A stretch of DNA of 64,000 nucleotides, taken from a phage. The notes under the pieces were generated by a model, which did no database searches, was not told the DNA's origin, and saw only the letters and a program-made list of their open reading frames with translations. Below are positions 1 through 12,227 of this stretch, piece after piece. A program made the translations under genes and the position numbers. The DNA is taken from sequence record PX994957.1; one strand, written 5' to 3'. Numbering within the stretch: position 1 is the stretch's first letter; every line of letters begins with the position of its first letter.

Positions 1-56
1 AGTTTAGTTTTCAAAATTTCACGAATTGCTACTTTTTGTTCAGTCGTCAGTTTCAT
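1..56 (-). CDS. 5' end (about 18 codons, start codon at 56..54) of a second copy of the 102-aa ORF; runs off the left edge
   Basis: bases 1-158 are identical to 500-657, so the ATG at 56..54 and the upstream RBS copy those of ORF 247..555. Confidence 0.5.
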   Translation of the reverse strand, partial: MKLTTEQKVAIREILKTK

Positions 57-130
57 TTATTTACCTATCACAGTTTTAATATGAGTTGTTCCACGTTCTT
101 TAAGAGTGGAAAGCAATTTTTGGCATTTTT

Positions 131-190
131 CTAAATCAGATTTCCAACTATATGGTCTGCACGAATTGGTAGCTGTTGTACTTCAGACAT
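131..190 (-). pseudogene. 31: 5' fragment of gene 31 (GroES-like co-chaperonin): native codons MSEVQQLPIR(A), then out-of-frame junction sequence to a stop
   Basis: ATG at 190..188 with AAGGAA RBS; N-terminus matches recalled T4 gp31; duplication junction at 158/159 falls in codon 11. Confidence 0.6.
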
Positions 191-246
191 CGTTTTTCCT
201 TTTTGTTAACAGATGAATTAATAATAACAAATAATTCTTAAAGCAT

Positions 247-555
247 TTATTTACCAATAAATTGGAGTAAATGCTCAACTTTCATACCATTAACAGAAAT
301 CAATTTGTCAATAGAAAAACCTCGCCATGCACCAAGTTCAACATCAAATACTGGAATCATGTCAGTAGATTCTTTCCGAGTCGATTCAGTCAATTTACCA
401 GTTTGCATGGTTGGCATAAAGTCTGCGTCACGAGTACCTTTCATAGTACGAATAGTACCATCAGACTTTTCAAAAACTACGTTTGAAACACCCATGGACA
501 GTTTAGTTTTCAAAATTTCACGAATTGCTACTTTTTGTTCAGTCGTCAGTTTCAT
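247..555 (-). CDS. hypothetical early protein, 102 aa (T4 31.1 position)
   Basis: ORF track; lies wholly inside the duplicated unit. Confidence 0.6.
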   Translation of the reverse strand: MKLTTEQKVAIREILKTKLSMGVSNVVFEKSDGTIRTMKGTRDADFMPTMQTGKLTESTRKESTDMIPVFDVELGAWRGFSIDKLISVNGMKVEHLLQFIGK

Positions 556-792
556 TTATTTACCTATCACAGTTTTAATATGAGTTGTTCCACGTTCTTT
601 AAGAGTGGAAAGCAATTTTTGGCATTTTTCTAAATCAGATTTCCAACTATATGGTCTATCTATACTAGTCCAATCAGTTTTATAATACTGCTTCCATTTA
701 GAGAAAAAATATTTCTTATACTCTACAGCAAATGAGATGTTCTCATTAGAATAAGAACTAATTGCTGTGAGCTTTACCAAACGAAATTTCAT
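556..792 (-). CDS. hypothetical early protein, 78 aa (T4 31.2 position)
   Basis: ORF track; 3' end lies in the duplicated unit; start overlaps the cd stop. Confidence 0.55.
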   Translation of the reverse strand: MKFRLVKLTAISSYSNENISFAVEYKKYFFSKWKQYYKTDWTSIDRPYSWKSDLEKCQKLLSTLKERGTTHIKTVIGK

Positions 793-1373
793 TATTCACC
801 ACAGAATTCGTTGATATTTTCCCAGTTTAACTTATTCAAGTTTTTCTTAGGAACATTAAACACTTCAACACCTGCATTTCGCAGAATATCATCCCAGCCA
901 GGTTTATTTTTATCGTATGTTTCGCAATAAACCAGTTTTTTAATACCAGATTGAGCTATCGCTTTTGCACAATCTGGACAAGGAGAAAGTGTTACATACA
1001 TAGTAGCACCTTCAATAGAAGAACCATTTCGTGCAGCAAACAAAATTGCATTTAGTTCAGCATGAATTTCATTTTTAGACGACCATTCAGAGTGAGCGCT
1101 CCGGTGTTCTTTTGCCAAGACAAAACGATCAGTTGAACCAAATGATACGCATTCAGGCTTATGGCCTTGAATGATAGTATGTTTAGGCTTATTCAGCAAC
1201 CAACCTTGCTCAGCAGCATAATCACAACAGTTCACACCACCAGCAGGTGAACCATTATATCCGGTAGAAATAATACGTCCATTCTTTTCAATTACTGCTC
1301 CTACCTTCCAGGAGCAACATTTTGATTCCTGCGATACTAAATATGCAATTTGAAGTACTGTACTCGCTTTCAT
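792..1373 (-). CDS. cd: dCMP deaminase
   Basis: 193 aa; HAE and PCxxC zinc-binding deaminase motifs; matches recalled T4 Cd. Confidence 0.93.
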   Translation of the reverse strand: MKASTVLQIAYLVSQESKCCSWKVGAVIEKNGRIISTGYNGSPAGGVNCCDYAAEQGWLLNKPKHTIIQGHKPECVSFGSTDRFVLAKEHRSAHSEWSSKNEIHAELNAILFAARNGSSIEGATMYVTLSPCPDCAKAIAQSGIKKLVYCETYDKNKPGWDDILRNAGVEVFNVPKKNLNKLNWENINEFCGE

Positions 1374-1708
1374 TTCATAATCACCAGATAAGCAGATTTA
1401 GCAGTTTCAACACGATAAATTTCGTGACGAAGTTTAGTTATACTTTTAATAACAGAACTAATTATATTCTGCCCATCTTTAAAGCGGTTTTTCTTATCAA
1501 TAAAAATTGCGCCAACCATCTTTTTGTGAAGCTCAACTGGATACTTCGTCACAATAATAGCATCATATACGGAAGGATGAATACTATTTACTAGAGTGTC
1601 ATTCATTAAAGTTATTCTAATGAACTGTGCTGTTTCAGAGTCAAGCGCTCTATGATCGCCAGTATCATTTTCAAGACAATTATCAATTATATCAGTTAAA
1701 TTCATCAT
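1370..1708 (-). CDS. hypothetical early protein, 112 aa
   Basis: ORF track; overlapping stop/start with neighbours. Confidence 0.55.
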   Translation of the reverse strand: MMNLTDIIDNCLENDTGDHRALDSETAQFIRITLMNDTLVNSIHPSVYDAIIVTKYPVELHKKMVGAIFIDKKNRFKDGQNIISSVIKSITKLRHEIYRVETAKSAYLVIMK

Positions 1709-1944
1709 AGTACGCCATACACCCTTTGTGCTTCAACTAATCCATCAAAATCTAATTTAAGATGCGATATTTGATCGCCATCACCTGGATTCACAATTAC
1801 TAATACTGAACGAGGAGTTTCAGTAATAACACGAACCGATGTTTCAGGAAATCGTTCAGAAACCTTATTTACCAATTCCTGTGCAAATAGCTTAACTTTT
1901 TCTTGGAATTCTTTAACAGTAATCGGTTTTTCACTTAGCAGCAT
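1705..1944 (-). CDS. hypothetical early protein, 79 aa
   Basis: ORF track; early promoter immediately upstream. Confidence 0.55.
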   Translation of the reverse strand: MLLSEKPITVKEFQEKVKLFAQELVNKVSERFPETSVRVITETPRSVLVIVNPGDGDQISHLKLDFDGLVEAQRVYGVL

Positions 1945-1973
1945 TTTGTTTTCCTCATTTGTTTGGTAGAGCT

Positions 1974-2003
1974 ATAATATCACAACTCTACCGTAAAGTA
2001 AAC
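1974..2003 (-). promoter_or_regulatory. sigma70-type early promoter (GTTTAC -35, TATTAT -10) flanked by GTAGAG/CTCTAC palindrome
   Basis: minus strand reads GTTTAC-N18-TATTAT upstream of ORF start 1944. Confidence 0.55.
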
Positions 2004-2005
2004 TA

Positions 2006-2281
2006 TTAAATTGCTTTGAATTCTGCTGTCTGCGATTCAAAACGAATATCGCCTTTGATAACTAACTCAGCATCAAGACCGAATACGACAATGATATGCG
2101 CGGAACCTGGATACAACGTGATGGCAACAGAATCCACCTGGTCTGGAAGCAAAGTGTTCAATACATGAGTCACTTGAGCATGAATTCGAAGCTCGGCTGC
2201 GTTATCAAGCTTTTCAAACATATTATTAGCGATAATTTGACTAAACACTACTTCTACAATTTTAGAATAAGTCGGAAACAT
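2006..2281 (-). CDS. hypothetical early protein, 91 aa (start at internal ATG with GAGG RBS)
   Basis: ORF track frame; ATG 2281..2279 preceded by GAGGTAAAT. Confidence 0.5.
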   Translation of the reverse strand: MFPTYSKIVEVVFSQIIANNMFEKLDNAAELRIHAQVTHVLNTLLPDQVDSVAITLYPGSAHIIVVFGLDAELVIKGDIRFESQTAEFKAI

Positions 2282-2283
2282 AT

Positions 2284-2484
2284 TTACCTCACATAATTTT
2301 CTTCGAGCCAATCAATAACATCCAACGCATTATCAAAAGTTGAACCATCTACTTTGTCTTCTGTTTCATAATCAAGAACATCTAAACCTACTCTTCCATT
2401 AACAATAGGCCATAAACAAAACAGGTATTTCTTTTCTTTTTCAATTTTATCACAAAGATGATAAATTTTTTCTATATTATTCAT
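2284..2484 (-). CDS. hypothetical early protein, 66 aa
   Basis: ORF track. Confidence 0.5.
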   Translation of the reverse strand: MNNIEKIYHLCDKIEKEKKYLFCLWPIVNGRVGLDVLDYETEDKVDGSTFDNALDVIDWLEENYVR

Positions 2485-2673
2485 AAGTTTTCCACGGTAA
2501 AGGCAGTTTAGTTTTCTTTACTGTTAGTTCAACATCAGGATTCTTTTCTCTTAATTTAAGGCATTCCTCCCAAGCTCTGATTTCACTAGTGAATACACAA
2601 AATTGCCCATTACTAGTACCGACTAAACCACTATTTACAATAATAATAGCCCAAATTTCATGATGCAAAGCCA

Positions 2674-2674
<1 letters not shown>
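2477..2674 (-). CDS. hypothetical early protein, 65 aa (start overlaps pseT stop)
   Basis: ORF track frame; internal ATG at 2674 abuts pseT stop. Confidence 0.45.
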
Positions 2675-3573
<899 letters not shown>

Positions 3574-3576
3574 TCA

Positions 3577-3879
3577 TCATTTAATTCCTAAGAAAACTTC
3601 AAGAATACGAATATTATGCTCACGCCGTCCTTTGTACAATTCAGCTGTTGATTGATTCGCTGATTTACTCTGAACATTGGATGAAATAAATTTTATCATG
3701 TGATTTTTAAGCTGATACATATCAAGCCCACGAGCTTTCGCTTCTTTTCGCAGGGCTTTACCAGCATCATCTAAAGCTTTAGCATGTTCAATGTCTTCGC
3801 TAATGCTTGATACATTTTCACGGCATACGTCAATGTAACGGTCTGAGCATTCAATATAACGTTCTAACAGAGTTTTCAT
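3577..3879 (-). CDS. hypothetical early protein, 100 aa
   Basis: ORF track; stop overlaps pseT-region ATG (ATGA). Confidence 0.55.
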   Translation of the reverse strand: MKTLLERYIECSDRYIDVCRENVSSISEDIEHAKALDDAGKALRKEAKARGLDMYQLKNHMIKFISSNVQSKSANQSTAELYKGRREHNIRILEVFLGIK

Positions 3880-4106
3880 TTATTTTTCTCAACCAATGAT
3901 TGAATATAATCATGCAGGTCTTTAGATGCTTTACCCCACTTATTTTGATATTCATTTTTGAGATTAGCGCGTGATTGAGCTAATAAAACATCATTAGTTG
4001 GAGGTAAAGATTCTAATCGTTGAATCTGTCGTCCATAAATCATTGCAGCCATCTCGGATTCATAAATTAATCCTTTTAGATGTTCAAATTGATACCATGA
4101 AATCAT
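3876..4106 (-). CDS. hypothetical early protein, 76 aa
   Basis: ORF track. Confidence 0.5.
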   Translation of the reverse strand: MISWYQFEHLKGLIYESEMAAMIYGRQIQRLESLPPTNDVLLAQSRANLKNEYQNKWGKASKDLHDYIQSLVEKNK

Positions 4107-4402
4107 TTACATTTATCCTCTTTTAGCTCTTGACGATAATAACATATCATAGTTTTCTGGTCATGTACATATCGTTTTACATCATTAAGCCAAATACGAA
4201 ATTCCTGAGAATCTTCAAATGGCATACCTACCCAAGCTTTACCATCAATAACTTTAACTTGCCAAGATAGTTTAGCTTCGTCATATGACTTTATTTGCAC
4301 AGGCCAATTAGGATGAACTGTTTCTTTCTTTACTTCTAGAGGCTTTGTCGAACAACCAACTAGAAGACCAATAGATAATATTACTGCAGATAATTTAATC
4401 AT
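4103..4402 (-). CDS. outer-membrane spanin (o-spanin lipoprotein; T4 pseT.2 equivalent)
   Basis: 99 aa; signal peptide with LVGC lipobox; directly downstream of the i-spanin-like ORF. Confidence 0.65.
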   Translation of the reverse strand: MIKLSAVILSIGLLVGCSTKPLEVKKETVHPNWPVQIKSYDEAKLSWQVKVIDGKAWVGMPFEDSQEFRIWLNDVKRYVHDQKTMICYYRQELKEDKCK

Positions 4403-4752
4403 TTAGAAAGGTCCTGGATGTCTTCTGCGAACTTGTTGAAGGAGTTGTTGATTTGTTTTTCAACCAATCCTGGCTTACGAGCCACCACATCCGCCTTCTT
4501 TGCATCTTTGCGCAGTTTTTCATTTTCACGCTCAATAGCAGCAATCGCCTCACGATTTTTATTATTCATCGCATCAATATAATTATACTGAATTCGCAAA
4601 TTATTTAATGCTAAGGCGTTTTCATTGGCCGTTTTTGTAATTTCTACAACAGACGTTTCTAATCTTTCTACCTTATTTTTTAAAATAATAGATGTTCCGC
4701 CAAATGCTATTACAAGTAATAGCAATCCAGCTGTAAAATTACTTACATGCAT
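4399..4752 (-). CDS. inner-membrane spanin (i-spanin; T4 pseT.3 equivalent)
   Basis: 117 aa; N-terminal TM helix then coiled-coil-like charged region; paired with lipoprotein ORF. Confidence 0.6.
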   Translation of the reverse strand: MHVSNFTAGLLLLVIAFGGTSIILKNKVERLETSVVEITKTANENALALNNLRIQYNYIDAMNNKNREAIAAIERENEKLRKDAKKADVVARKPGLVEKQINNSFNKFAEDIQDLSK

Positions 4753-5246
4753 AAAGTTTTAATAACCTCTATAATATCGTCTTGAGAAAGACCGTTAATT
4801 AAAATATGATGTTCAGCCGGAGATTTAGAAATTTTAAAGCACGCCGCAACATCTTCTGCCATATCCGATGCGCTACGATTTGGATTACTAATTCCAAGAC
4901 GATGCTTTCCTGTCAAAGGATTAACGATGATATAGCATTTGCAGCTATTGATATGAACATTAGGTTGAGTCTGATTAATAAACACTTCACAATCATACTT
5001 AGCGAGTTGATTTTCTAAAAAGACTTTCATCTCCTCAACCGCATCAGGAAGCATATCACGGGCTTGCTCAAGACGACGATTTCGATATTCTTTAATGGTC
5101 GTTTTCCGCTTGACTTGCTTAGCTAAATCTTTCTTAAGATCGGTGATATATCCAACTCGACGATTTCCTTTGAATACAGAAATCCCATCTGTAGTATCAC
5201 CGTATGCTTCAACGACCATTTCAGTAGTAATAAGCTGCAAATCCAT
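4743..5246 (-). CDS. alc: Alc, inhibitor of host transcription on cytosine-containing DNA
   Basis: 167 aa; matches recalled T4 Alc; position between pseT block and rnlA. Confidence 0.85.
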   Translation of the reverse strand: MDLQLITTEMVVEAYGDTTDGISVFKGNRRVGYITDLKKDLAKQVKRKTTIKEYRNRRLEQARDMLPDAVEEMKVFLENQLAKYDCEVFINQTQPNVHINSCKCYIIVNPLTGKHRLGISNPNRSASDMAEDVAACFKISKSPAEHHILINGLSQDDIIEVIKTLCM

Positions 5247-5277
5247 CATAAAGTCCTCATGTTATGTCAGTAAGACT

Positions 5278-5307
5278 ACTATAACACAACACGAGGGACT
5301 TGTAAAC
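5278..5307 (-). promoter_or_regulatory. sigma70-type early promoter upstream of alc
   Basis: minus strand GTTTAC-N17-TTATAGT. Confidence 0.5.
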
Positions 5308-5310
5308 AGC

Positions 5311-6898
<1,588 letters not shown>

Positions 6899-6906
6899 AA
6901 TAAAAT

Positions 6907-6920
6907 GGGCCTTGCGGCCC
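6907..6920 (-). terminator. GNRA-tetraloop stem-loop (GGGCC-GCAA-GGCCC) between nrdB stop and denA start; terminator or translation-initiation structure
   Basis: perfect 5-bp stem plus GCAA loop, followed on minus strand by AUUUUAUU and the denA ATG. Confidence 0.5.
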
Positions 6921-6925
6921 ACTCC

Positions 6926-8104
6926 TTAAAAATATTTTTTAAAACTCATCATAACTTTATCATCAACATCATTATCAATCTGTGCTACAAGGTAAGATGA
7001 CAGTTCTACTTCTTGCGGCGCGGATTGAACATTATCAGAATTAAGGTATTCACGAATCCAAGGATATGGATGTTTAACCGGAGCATCGGTAATTGGGCAT
7101 GGAAGACCACACTGTTTCATACGAGATACAGTTAAGTAATCAATAAAGCTCCACATGCTATTTGTATTTAATCCAGGAACATCGCCATCTTTAAATAAAT
7201 GAACTGCCCAATCTTTTTCTTGGCGGTTAACTTCCATGAAAATATCAACTGCTTCTTGTTCACACTCTTGAGCAATTTTAACCCATTCATCACCATCAGT
7301 GCCAAGTTGGAGCTGACGAATAATATACTGGGTGCCTTTAAGGTGGAGTTGTTCGTCTCGAGCAATGAATTTCATAATCTTCGCATTACCTTCCATGATT
7401 TCCATATTTTTATGGAAGTTGAAAGTACATGCAAAGGATACATAAAAACGAATAGCTTCCAGGGCATTGATAACATGAAGGCAGAGATAAAGCGACTTCA
7501 TCAATGCATATTTACATTCTTCCACATGCATAAGACTATTTGAATATGCATCTAAATCATATTCATTTTCGGAAAAACATTTAAAAATTTCTTTTGCATT
7601 TTCCCATTCGCGCGTCTTAACCAGAACATCATCATAATAACGACCAATAGATTCAGCACGTTTCATGATAGCTTTATCTAATACAATCTCATCAAATACC
7701 TTTGACGGATCAGTATAAAGATTTCGCATAATATGAGTGTATGAACGACTGTGAATAGTTTCACTAAAAGTCCATGTAGCAACCCATGTATCAAGACTTG
7801 GGTCTGAAATTAACGACATAAGTACAGCAGACGGTGCACGACCCTGAATGCTATCTAGAAGTGATTGATACTTCAGGTTATTAGTAAAAATATCTTGCTG
7901 ATATTGAGGAAGCTTGTTAAATTGCGCAGCATCCATCATTAAGTTTACTTCTTCAGGACGCCAGAAAAATGACAACTGCTTTTCGGTTAAATCTTCAAAA
8001 ACTTTATGACGTTGAATATCATAACGCGCAATACCAAGACCTGAACCAAAAAACATAGGTTCTTTTAAAACATCAACTGGATTTGTATTAAAAACTGTGC
8101 TCAT
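6926..8104 (-). CDS. nrdB: ribonucleotide reductase small subunit (aerobic), uninterrupted
   Basis: 392 aa continuous ORF; R2 family; T4 synteny. Confidence 0.92.
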   Translation of the reverse strand: MSTVFNTNPVDVLKEPMFFGSGLGIARYDIQRHKVFEDLTEKQLSFFWRPEEVNLMMDAAQFNKLPQYQQDIFTNNLKYQSLLDSIQGRAPSAVLMSLISDPSLDTWVATWTFSETIHSRSYTHIMRNLYTDPSKVFDEIVLDKAIMKRAESIGRYYDDVLVKTREWENAKEIFKCFSENEYDLDAYSNSLMHVEECKYALMKSLYLCLHVINALEAIRFYVSFACTFNFHKNMEIMEGNAKIMKFIARDEQLHLKGTQYIIRQLQLGTDGDEWVKIAQECEQEAVDIFMEVNRQEKDWAVHLFKDGDVPGLNTNSMWSFIDYLTVSRMKQCGLPCPITDAPVKHPYPWIREYLNSDNVQSAPQEVELSSYLVAQIDNDVDDKVMMSFKKYF

Positions 8105-8155
8105 AAATTTTCCGCTTAGTTAATAGTTGGTGACTCGTCCGTGAGTCAAATTATA

Positions 8156-10420
8156 TCATAATTTACAGGATGAACAATCTTCAGCTTTTGGAGTTTCTAT
8201 TTCATAATCATCAGTACCAGAACCGTCACGGGTATTATGATAATAGAAATTTTTTCCGCCAAAATACCAGAAATACAAAAGGTCATCAATCATTATTGAC
8301 ATTGGAACCTTGCCTTTAGGGAAGATTTGGGGGTCATAGTATGTATTCGCCGAAGCTGATTGACAAACCCATTTCAGCATAATAGCTACCTGCGTAAGAT
8401 AAGGTTTATTACCTTTCTTAGCTAATTTCCATGTATAATCATAAAGGTCTATGTTATGCTCAATATTGGGCACGACTTGATTAAAGGAGCCCTCTTTTGA
8501 TTCTTTAACAGAGACTGGTCCACGTGGAGGCTCGATACCGTTTGTACTGTTAGAAACTTGGGAAGATGACTCACATGGCATAAGTGCTGATAATGTGCTA
8601 TTACGGATGCCAAAGAGCTTAAGGTCTTCCCGCAGCGACGACCAGTCACAAACGTATTTTGGAGCTGCGATTTGGTCAATCTTTTTATTGTACCAGTCGA
8701 TAGGTAATTCGCCTCGAGACCAACGAGTGTCTGAATAATATTCACAAGGTCCTTTTTCTTTGGCGAGTTTAATGGATGCTTTAATGAGTCCATACTGTAA
8801 TCTCTCAAATAGTTCATGTGTTAAATCGTTAGCATCTTCATAAGAAGCAAAGTTACTTGCCAACCAAGCTGCATAGTTAGTAACACCTACACCGAGGTTA
8901 CGACGCTTTTTAGCTTTTTCTGCTTCAGGAACTGGATATCCTTGGTAATCCAAAAGATTATCAAGAGCACGAACCTGGACTTCTGCCAATTCATTAATTT
9001 TATCTTGGTCTTGCCAGTCAAAATTATCCAGCACGAATGCAGAGAGAGTACACAATCCAATTTCAGCATCAGGACTATTCACATCATTTGTTGGAATAGC
9101 AATTTCACAGCACAAGTTACTCTGACGAATAGGTGCCTTTTCACGAATAAACGGAGTATAGTTATTCGTATTATCAATGAACTGTACATAAATCCTTGCT
9201 GTTCCTGAGCGTTCAGTCATGAGCAATTCAAATAGTTCACGAGCTTTAATACGCTTTTTACGAATATTAGGGTCTTTTTCTGCGGCTTCATACAATTCAC
9301 GGAAACGGTCTTGGTCTTTAAAATAAGAATAATAAAGCTCTCCGCCCATTTCATGGGGACTGAACAAAGTAATGTAATCGTTCTTTCCAAAACGTTCCAT
9401 CATCAAATCATTCAGTTGAACACCATAATCCATATGACGAATGCGGTTTTCTTCTACGCCTTTGTTATTTTTCAAAACAAGAAGATTTTCAACTTCCAAA
9501 TGCCAAATAGGATAATAAGCAGTAGCAGCGCCGCCACGAATTCCACCCTGTGAGCATGATTTAACAGCAGTCTGAAAATGTTTCCAAAAAGGAATAACAC
9601 CAGTATGGCGTACTTCACCCATGCCAATCTTAGAACCTTCAGCACGAATCATACCAACGTTAATACCAATTCCAGCGCGTTTAGAGATATATTCAACAAT
9701 TGAAGCGGAAGCCTTATTGATAGACTTTAATGAATCACCTGCCTCAATAACAACGCATGAACTAAACTGCCGGGTTGGAGTACGGCAACCAGCCATAATA
9801 GGAGTTGGCAATGAAATCTGTCGAGTAGATACTGCTTCATAAAAACGGATAACGTGTTTTAATCTATCAACAGGTTCATCTTGATGCAATGCCATTCCAA
9901 TAGTCATAAATGCAAACTGTGGAGTTTCATAAATTTGACCAGTGGTTTTATCTTTAACTAGATATTTTTCTTTTAATTGCATCGCCCCGGAATAAGTAAA
10001 TTCCATATCCCGCTCGTGCTTAATTTTTGATTCTAAAAATGTAATTTCTTCTGCAGAATATTTTGACAACAATTCAGGGTCGTATTTACCTTCATTTACA
10101 CAGTAAGAAATATGGTCAATAAATGAACGTGGTTCATACTGCCCATAAACATGCTTACGAAGAGCAAACATTAAACAGCGTGCAGCTACATATTGATAAT
10201 CAGGTTCTTCAACCGAAATAGAATTCGCAGCGGCCTTAATGACAATAGTCTGAATATCATCAGTTGTCATTCCATCACGGAGATAAGATTTAATATTTTC
10301 ATATAATTCATAAGGATCTACTGATGTTCCTTCAGCTGCCCAAGATAAAACTTTAATAATTTTTTGTGGGTCAAAGCTCTGAGAAACACCACTACTTTTG
10401 ATAACATTAATTAATTGCAT
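8156..10420 (-). CDS. nrdA: ribonucleotide reductase large subunit (aerobic)
   Basis: 754 aa; C-terminal CSSCKL tail; T4 synteny. Confidence 0.93.
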   Translation of the reverse strand: MQLINVIKSSGVSQSFDPQKIIKVLSWAAEGTSVDPYELYENIKSYLRDGMTTDDIQTIVIKAAANSISVEEPDYQYVAARCLMFALRKHVYGQYEPRSFIDHISYCVNEGKYDPELLSKYSAEEITFLESKIKHERDMEFTYSGAMQLKEKYLVKDKTTGQIYETPQFAFMTIGMALHQDEPVDRLKHVIRFYEAVSTRQISLPTPIMAGCRTPTRQFSSCVVIEAGDSLKSINKASASIVEYISKRAGIGINVGMIRAEGSKIGMGEVRHTGVIPFWKHFQTAVKSCSQGGIRGGAATAYYPIWHLEVENLLVLKNNKGVEENRIRHMDYGVQLNDLMMERFGKNDYITLFSPHEMGGELYYSYFKDQDRFRELYEAAEKDPNIRKKRIKARELFELLMTERSGTARIYVQFIDNTNNYTPFIREKAPIRQSNLCCEIAIPTNDVNSPDAEIGLCTLSAFVLDNFDWQDQDKINELAEVQVRALDNLLDYQGYPVPEAEKAKKRRNLGVGVTNYAAWLASNFASYEDANDLTHELFERLQYGLIKASIKLAKEKGPCEYYSDTRWSRGELPIDWYNKKIDQIAAPKYVCDWSSLREDLKLFGIRNSTLSALMPCESSSQVSNSTNGIEPPRGPVSVKESKEGSFNQVVPNIEHNIDLYDYTWKLAKKGNKPYLTQVAIMLKWVCQSASANTYYDPQIFPKGKVPMSIMIDDLLYFWYFGGKNFYYHNTRDGSGTDDYEIETPKAEDCSSCKL

Positions 10421-10737
10421 AAGTCCTCAACTTGAAAATCGTCTTTAAACAATCGGTTAACTATATGAGCTATTATATCACCATGACACGGCTTTGGTTT
10501 ACATGTGCATCCTAGCCTCATTCCACGTAAAGGCTCTAAATGTGCTTTAGTTATTTCTCCGGATTTAATTCGACGTATAAAATCTTTTTTGAATAATTCA
10601 ATGGCAGCCTCCCGGCTGCCAGCATCTTTACCGACGTAATTTCCCCAAAATGTACCACGGTGAATATTAACATCAAAGTCGGATTTATATTTATTCACTA
10701 CTCGGCATATACGGCCTGCGCGGTTGTAAGTGTTCAT
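10411..10737 (-). CDS. hypothetical protein, 108 aa (nrdA.1 position)
   Basis: ORF track. Confidence 0.55.
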   Translation of the reverse strand: MNTYNRAGRICRVVNKYKSDFDVNIHRGTFWGNYVGKDAGSREAAIELFKKDFIRRIKSGEITKAHLEPLRGMRLGCTCKPKPCHGDIIAHIVNRLFKDDFQVEDLCN

Positions 10738-10966
10738 ATTGTTCTTCCGTTAAAACAGTAATATCGTAGTAACAGTCAGAAGAAGTTTTAACTGTGGAAA
10801 TTTTATTATCAAAATACTCACGAGTCATTTTATGAGTATAATATTTTTTGCCATAAATGATAATAGGCTGATTTGGTCCTGGAACTTCTAACTCACTTGG
10901 ATTAGGAAGTGTAAAAAGAACTACACCAGAAGTATCTTTAAATCGTAAAATCATATATCCTCGCAA
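10691..10966 (-). CDS. hypothetical protein, 91 aa (nrdA.2 position)
   Basis: ORF track. Confidence 0.5.
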   Translation of the reverse strand: MRGYMILRFKDTSGVVLFTLPNPSELEVPGPNQPIIIYGKKYYTHKMTREYFDNKISTVKTSSDCYYDITVLTEEQYEHLQPRRPYMPSSE

Positions 10967-10974
10967 TAATAAAA

Positions 10975-11835
10975 TTACACCGCCATCTTTCCTTTAATAG
11001 GAGGATGTGATTCATAGTTGTTAAGAACAAAATTATGAGGCTTTGCAAATTGACTCAACCAAAATACCTGCGATTCTGTGTCCCATTCATCAAATTCATC
11101 TGGAAATTTTAATTGTAATTCGCATAAATCCATAGGTTCACGACATAAAATTTCTTTACATTGTTCTACGTGATTCATATAGATATGAGTATTACCACCA
11201 GAAAATATCAAATCTCCCGGAATAAGATTACACATCTTAGCTACAATATGAACTAACGTAGCATATGATGCAATATTAAATGGAAGACCGAGGAAAACAT
11301 CTACCGAACGTTGATACCACTGAAGGTCAAGGTATCCATTACGCACATTAAACTGATAGAACATATGACAAGGCGGTAATGCCATATATTTAAGTTCAGC
11401 TGGATTCCACGCAGAAACAATTTGACGCCTATCATTTGGCAGTTTTTTAATACGATCAATAACTTCTATAATTTGATCTACACCGCCAAAATCACGCCAC
11501 TGTTTTCCATAAATTGGACCAAGTTCACCGCTATGGTATCCTAAATCTTTTGCTTGATTTTCGTAATTTTCATCCCAGACTGTTTTGCCTTGAATTAATG
11601 AATCATGTTGAATTAATCGCAAATCATTTACATTTGTGCTTCCTGATAAAAACCATATTAGCTCAGCAATGCATGCATTCCAGGCGAGCTTTTTAGTTGT
11701 TACTGCAGGAAAACCTTTGGTTAAATCCCAACGCAATTTAGTACCGAACAAAGCAATTGTTCCTGTGCCCGTTCGGTCATCGGTTTCATAGCCATTTTCA
11801 AAAATGTCTTTAATTAAATCTTGGTATTGTTTCAT
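10975..11835 (-). CDS. td: thymidylate synthase, uninterrupted (no group I intron)
   Basis: 286 aa continuous ORF; active-site PCH and conserved TS motifs. Confidence 0.93.
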   Translation of the reverse strand: MKQYQDLIKDIFENGYETDDRTGTGTIALFGTKLRWDLTKGFPAVTTKKLAWNACIAELIWFLSGSTNVNDLRLIQHDSLIQGKTVWDENYENQAKDLGYHSGELGPIYGKQWRDFGGVDQIIEVIDRIKKLPNDRRQIVSAWNPAELKYMALPPCHMFYQFNVRNGYLDLQWYQRSVDVFLGLPFNIASYATLVHIVAKMCNLIPGDLIFSGGNTHIYMNHVEQCKEILCREPMDLCELQLKFPDEFDEWDTESQVFWLSQFAKPHNFVLNNYESHPPIKGKMAV

Positions 11836-11879
11836 TTAGTACCTTATATAAATTATAATACATTTTATGAAGCTAATAA

Positions 11880-12227
11880 TCAATACGGTTTAGCATCAAA
11901 TTTTCTTTCGATTTCAGGAGTGAAATATAATTCTTTACCACGTTTGGAAAAACGACCAATAATATGATAATTATTCTCATCAAACGTGATATTACCAATA
12001 TCCATAGCTTTCAACCAAATATCGATATTTCTATCTAGTTTTATATCAAAATTCCAATACGGAGAACTATTACCAAAAATACTACAAGCGGATTCAGTGA
12101 AACAACTGCTATAAATCTTGTCTTTAGGAACTACTAATTGATAGACACCTTTAATAAACTGAGGACCCTGCCATTTTGGCTGTTTCTCGTCTTTTTCTAA
12201 CAGAATAGGGTAATAATTAAAATTCAT
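11880..12227 (-). CDS. hypothetical protein, 115 aa, between frd and td
   Basis: ORF track; no recognisable motif. Confidence 0.5.
   Translation of the reverse strand: MNFNYYPILLEKDEKQPKWQGPQFIKGVYQLVVPKDKIYSSCFTESACSIFGNSSPYWNFDIKLDRNIDIWLKAMDIGNITFDENNYHIIGRFSKRGKELYFTPEIERKFDAKPY

Larger units (their letters stand above)
1..657. repeat. direct tandem duplication, 499-bp period (1-158 identical to 500-657; junction at 158/159)
   Basis: exact identity read directly; diverges at 159 versus 658. Confidence 0.9.
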
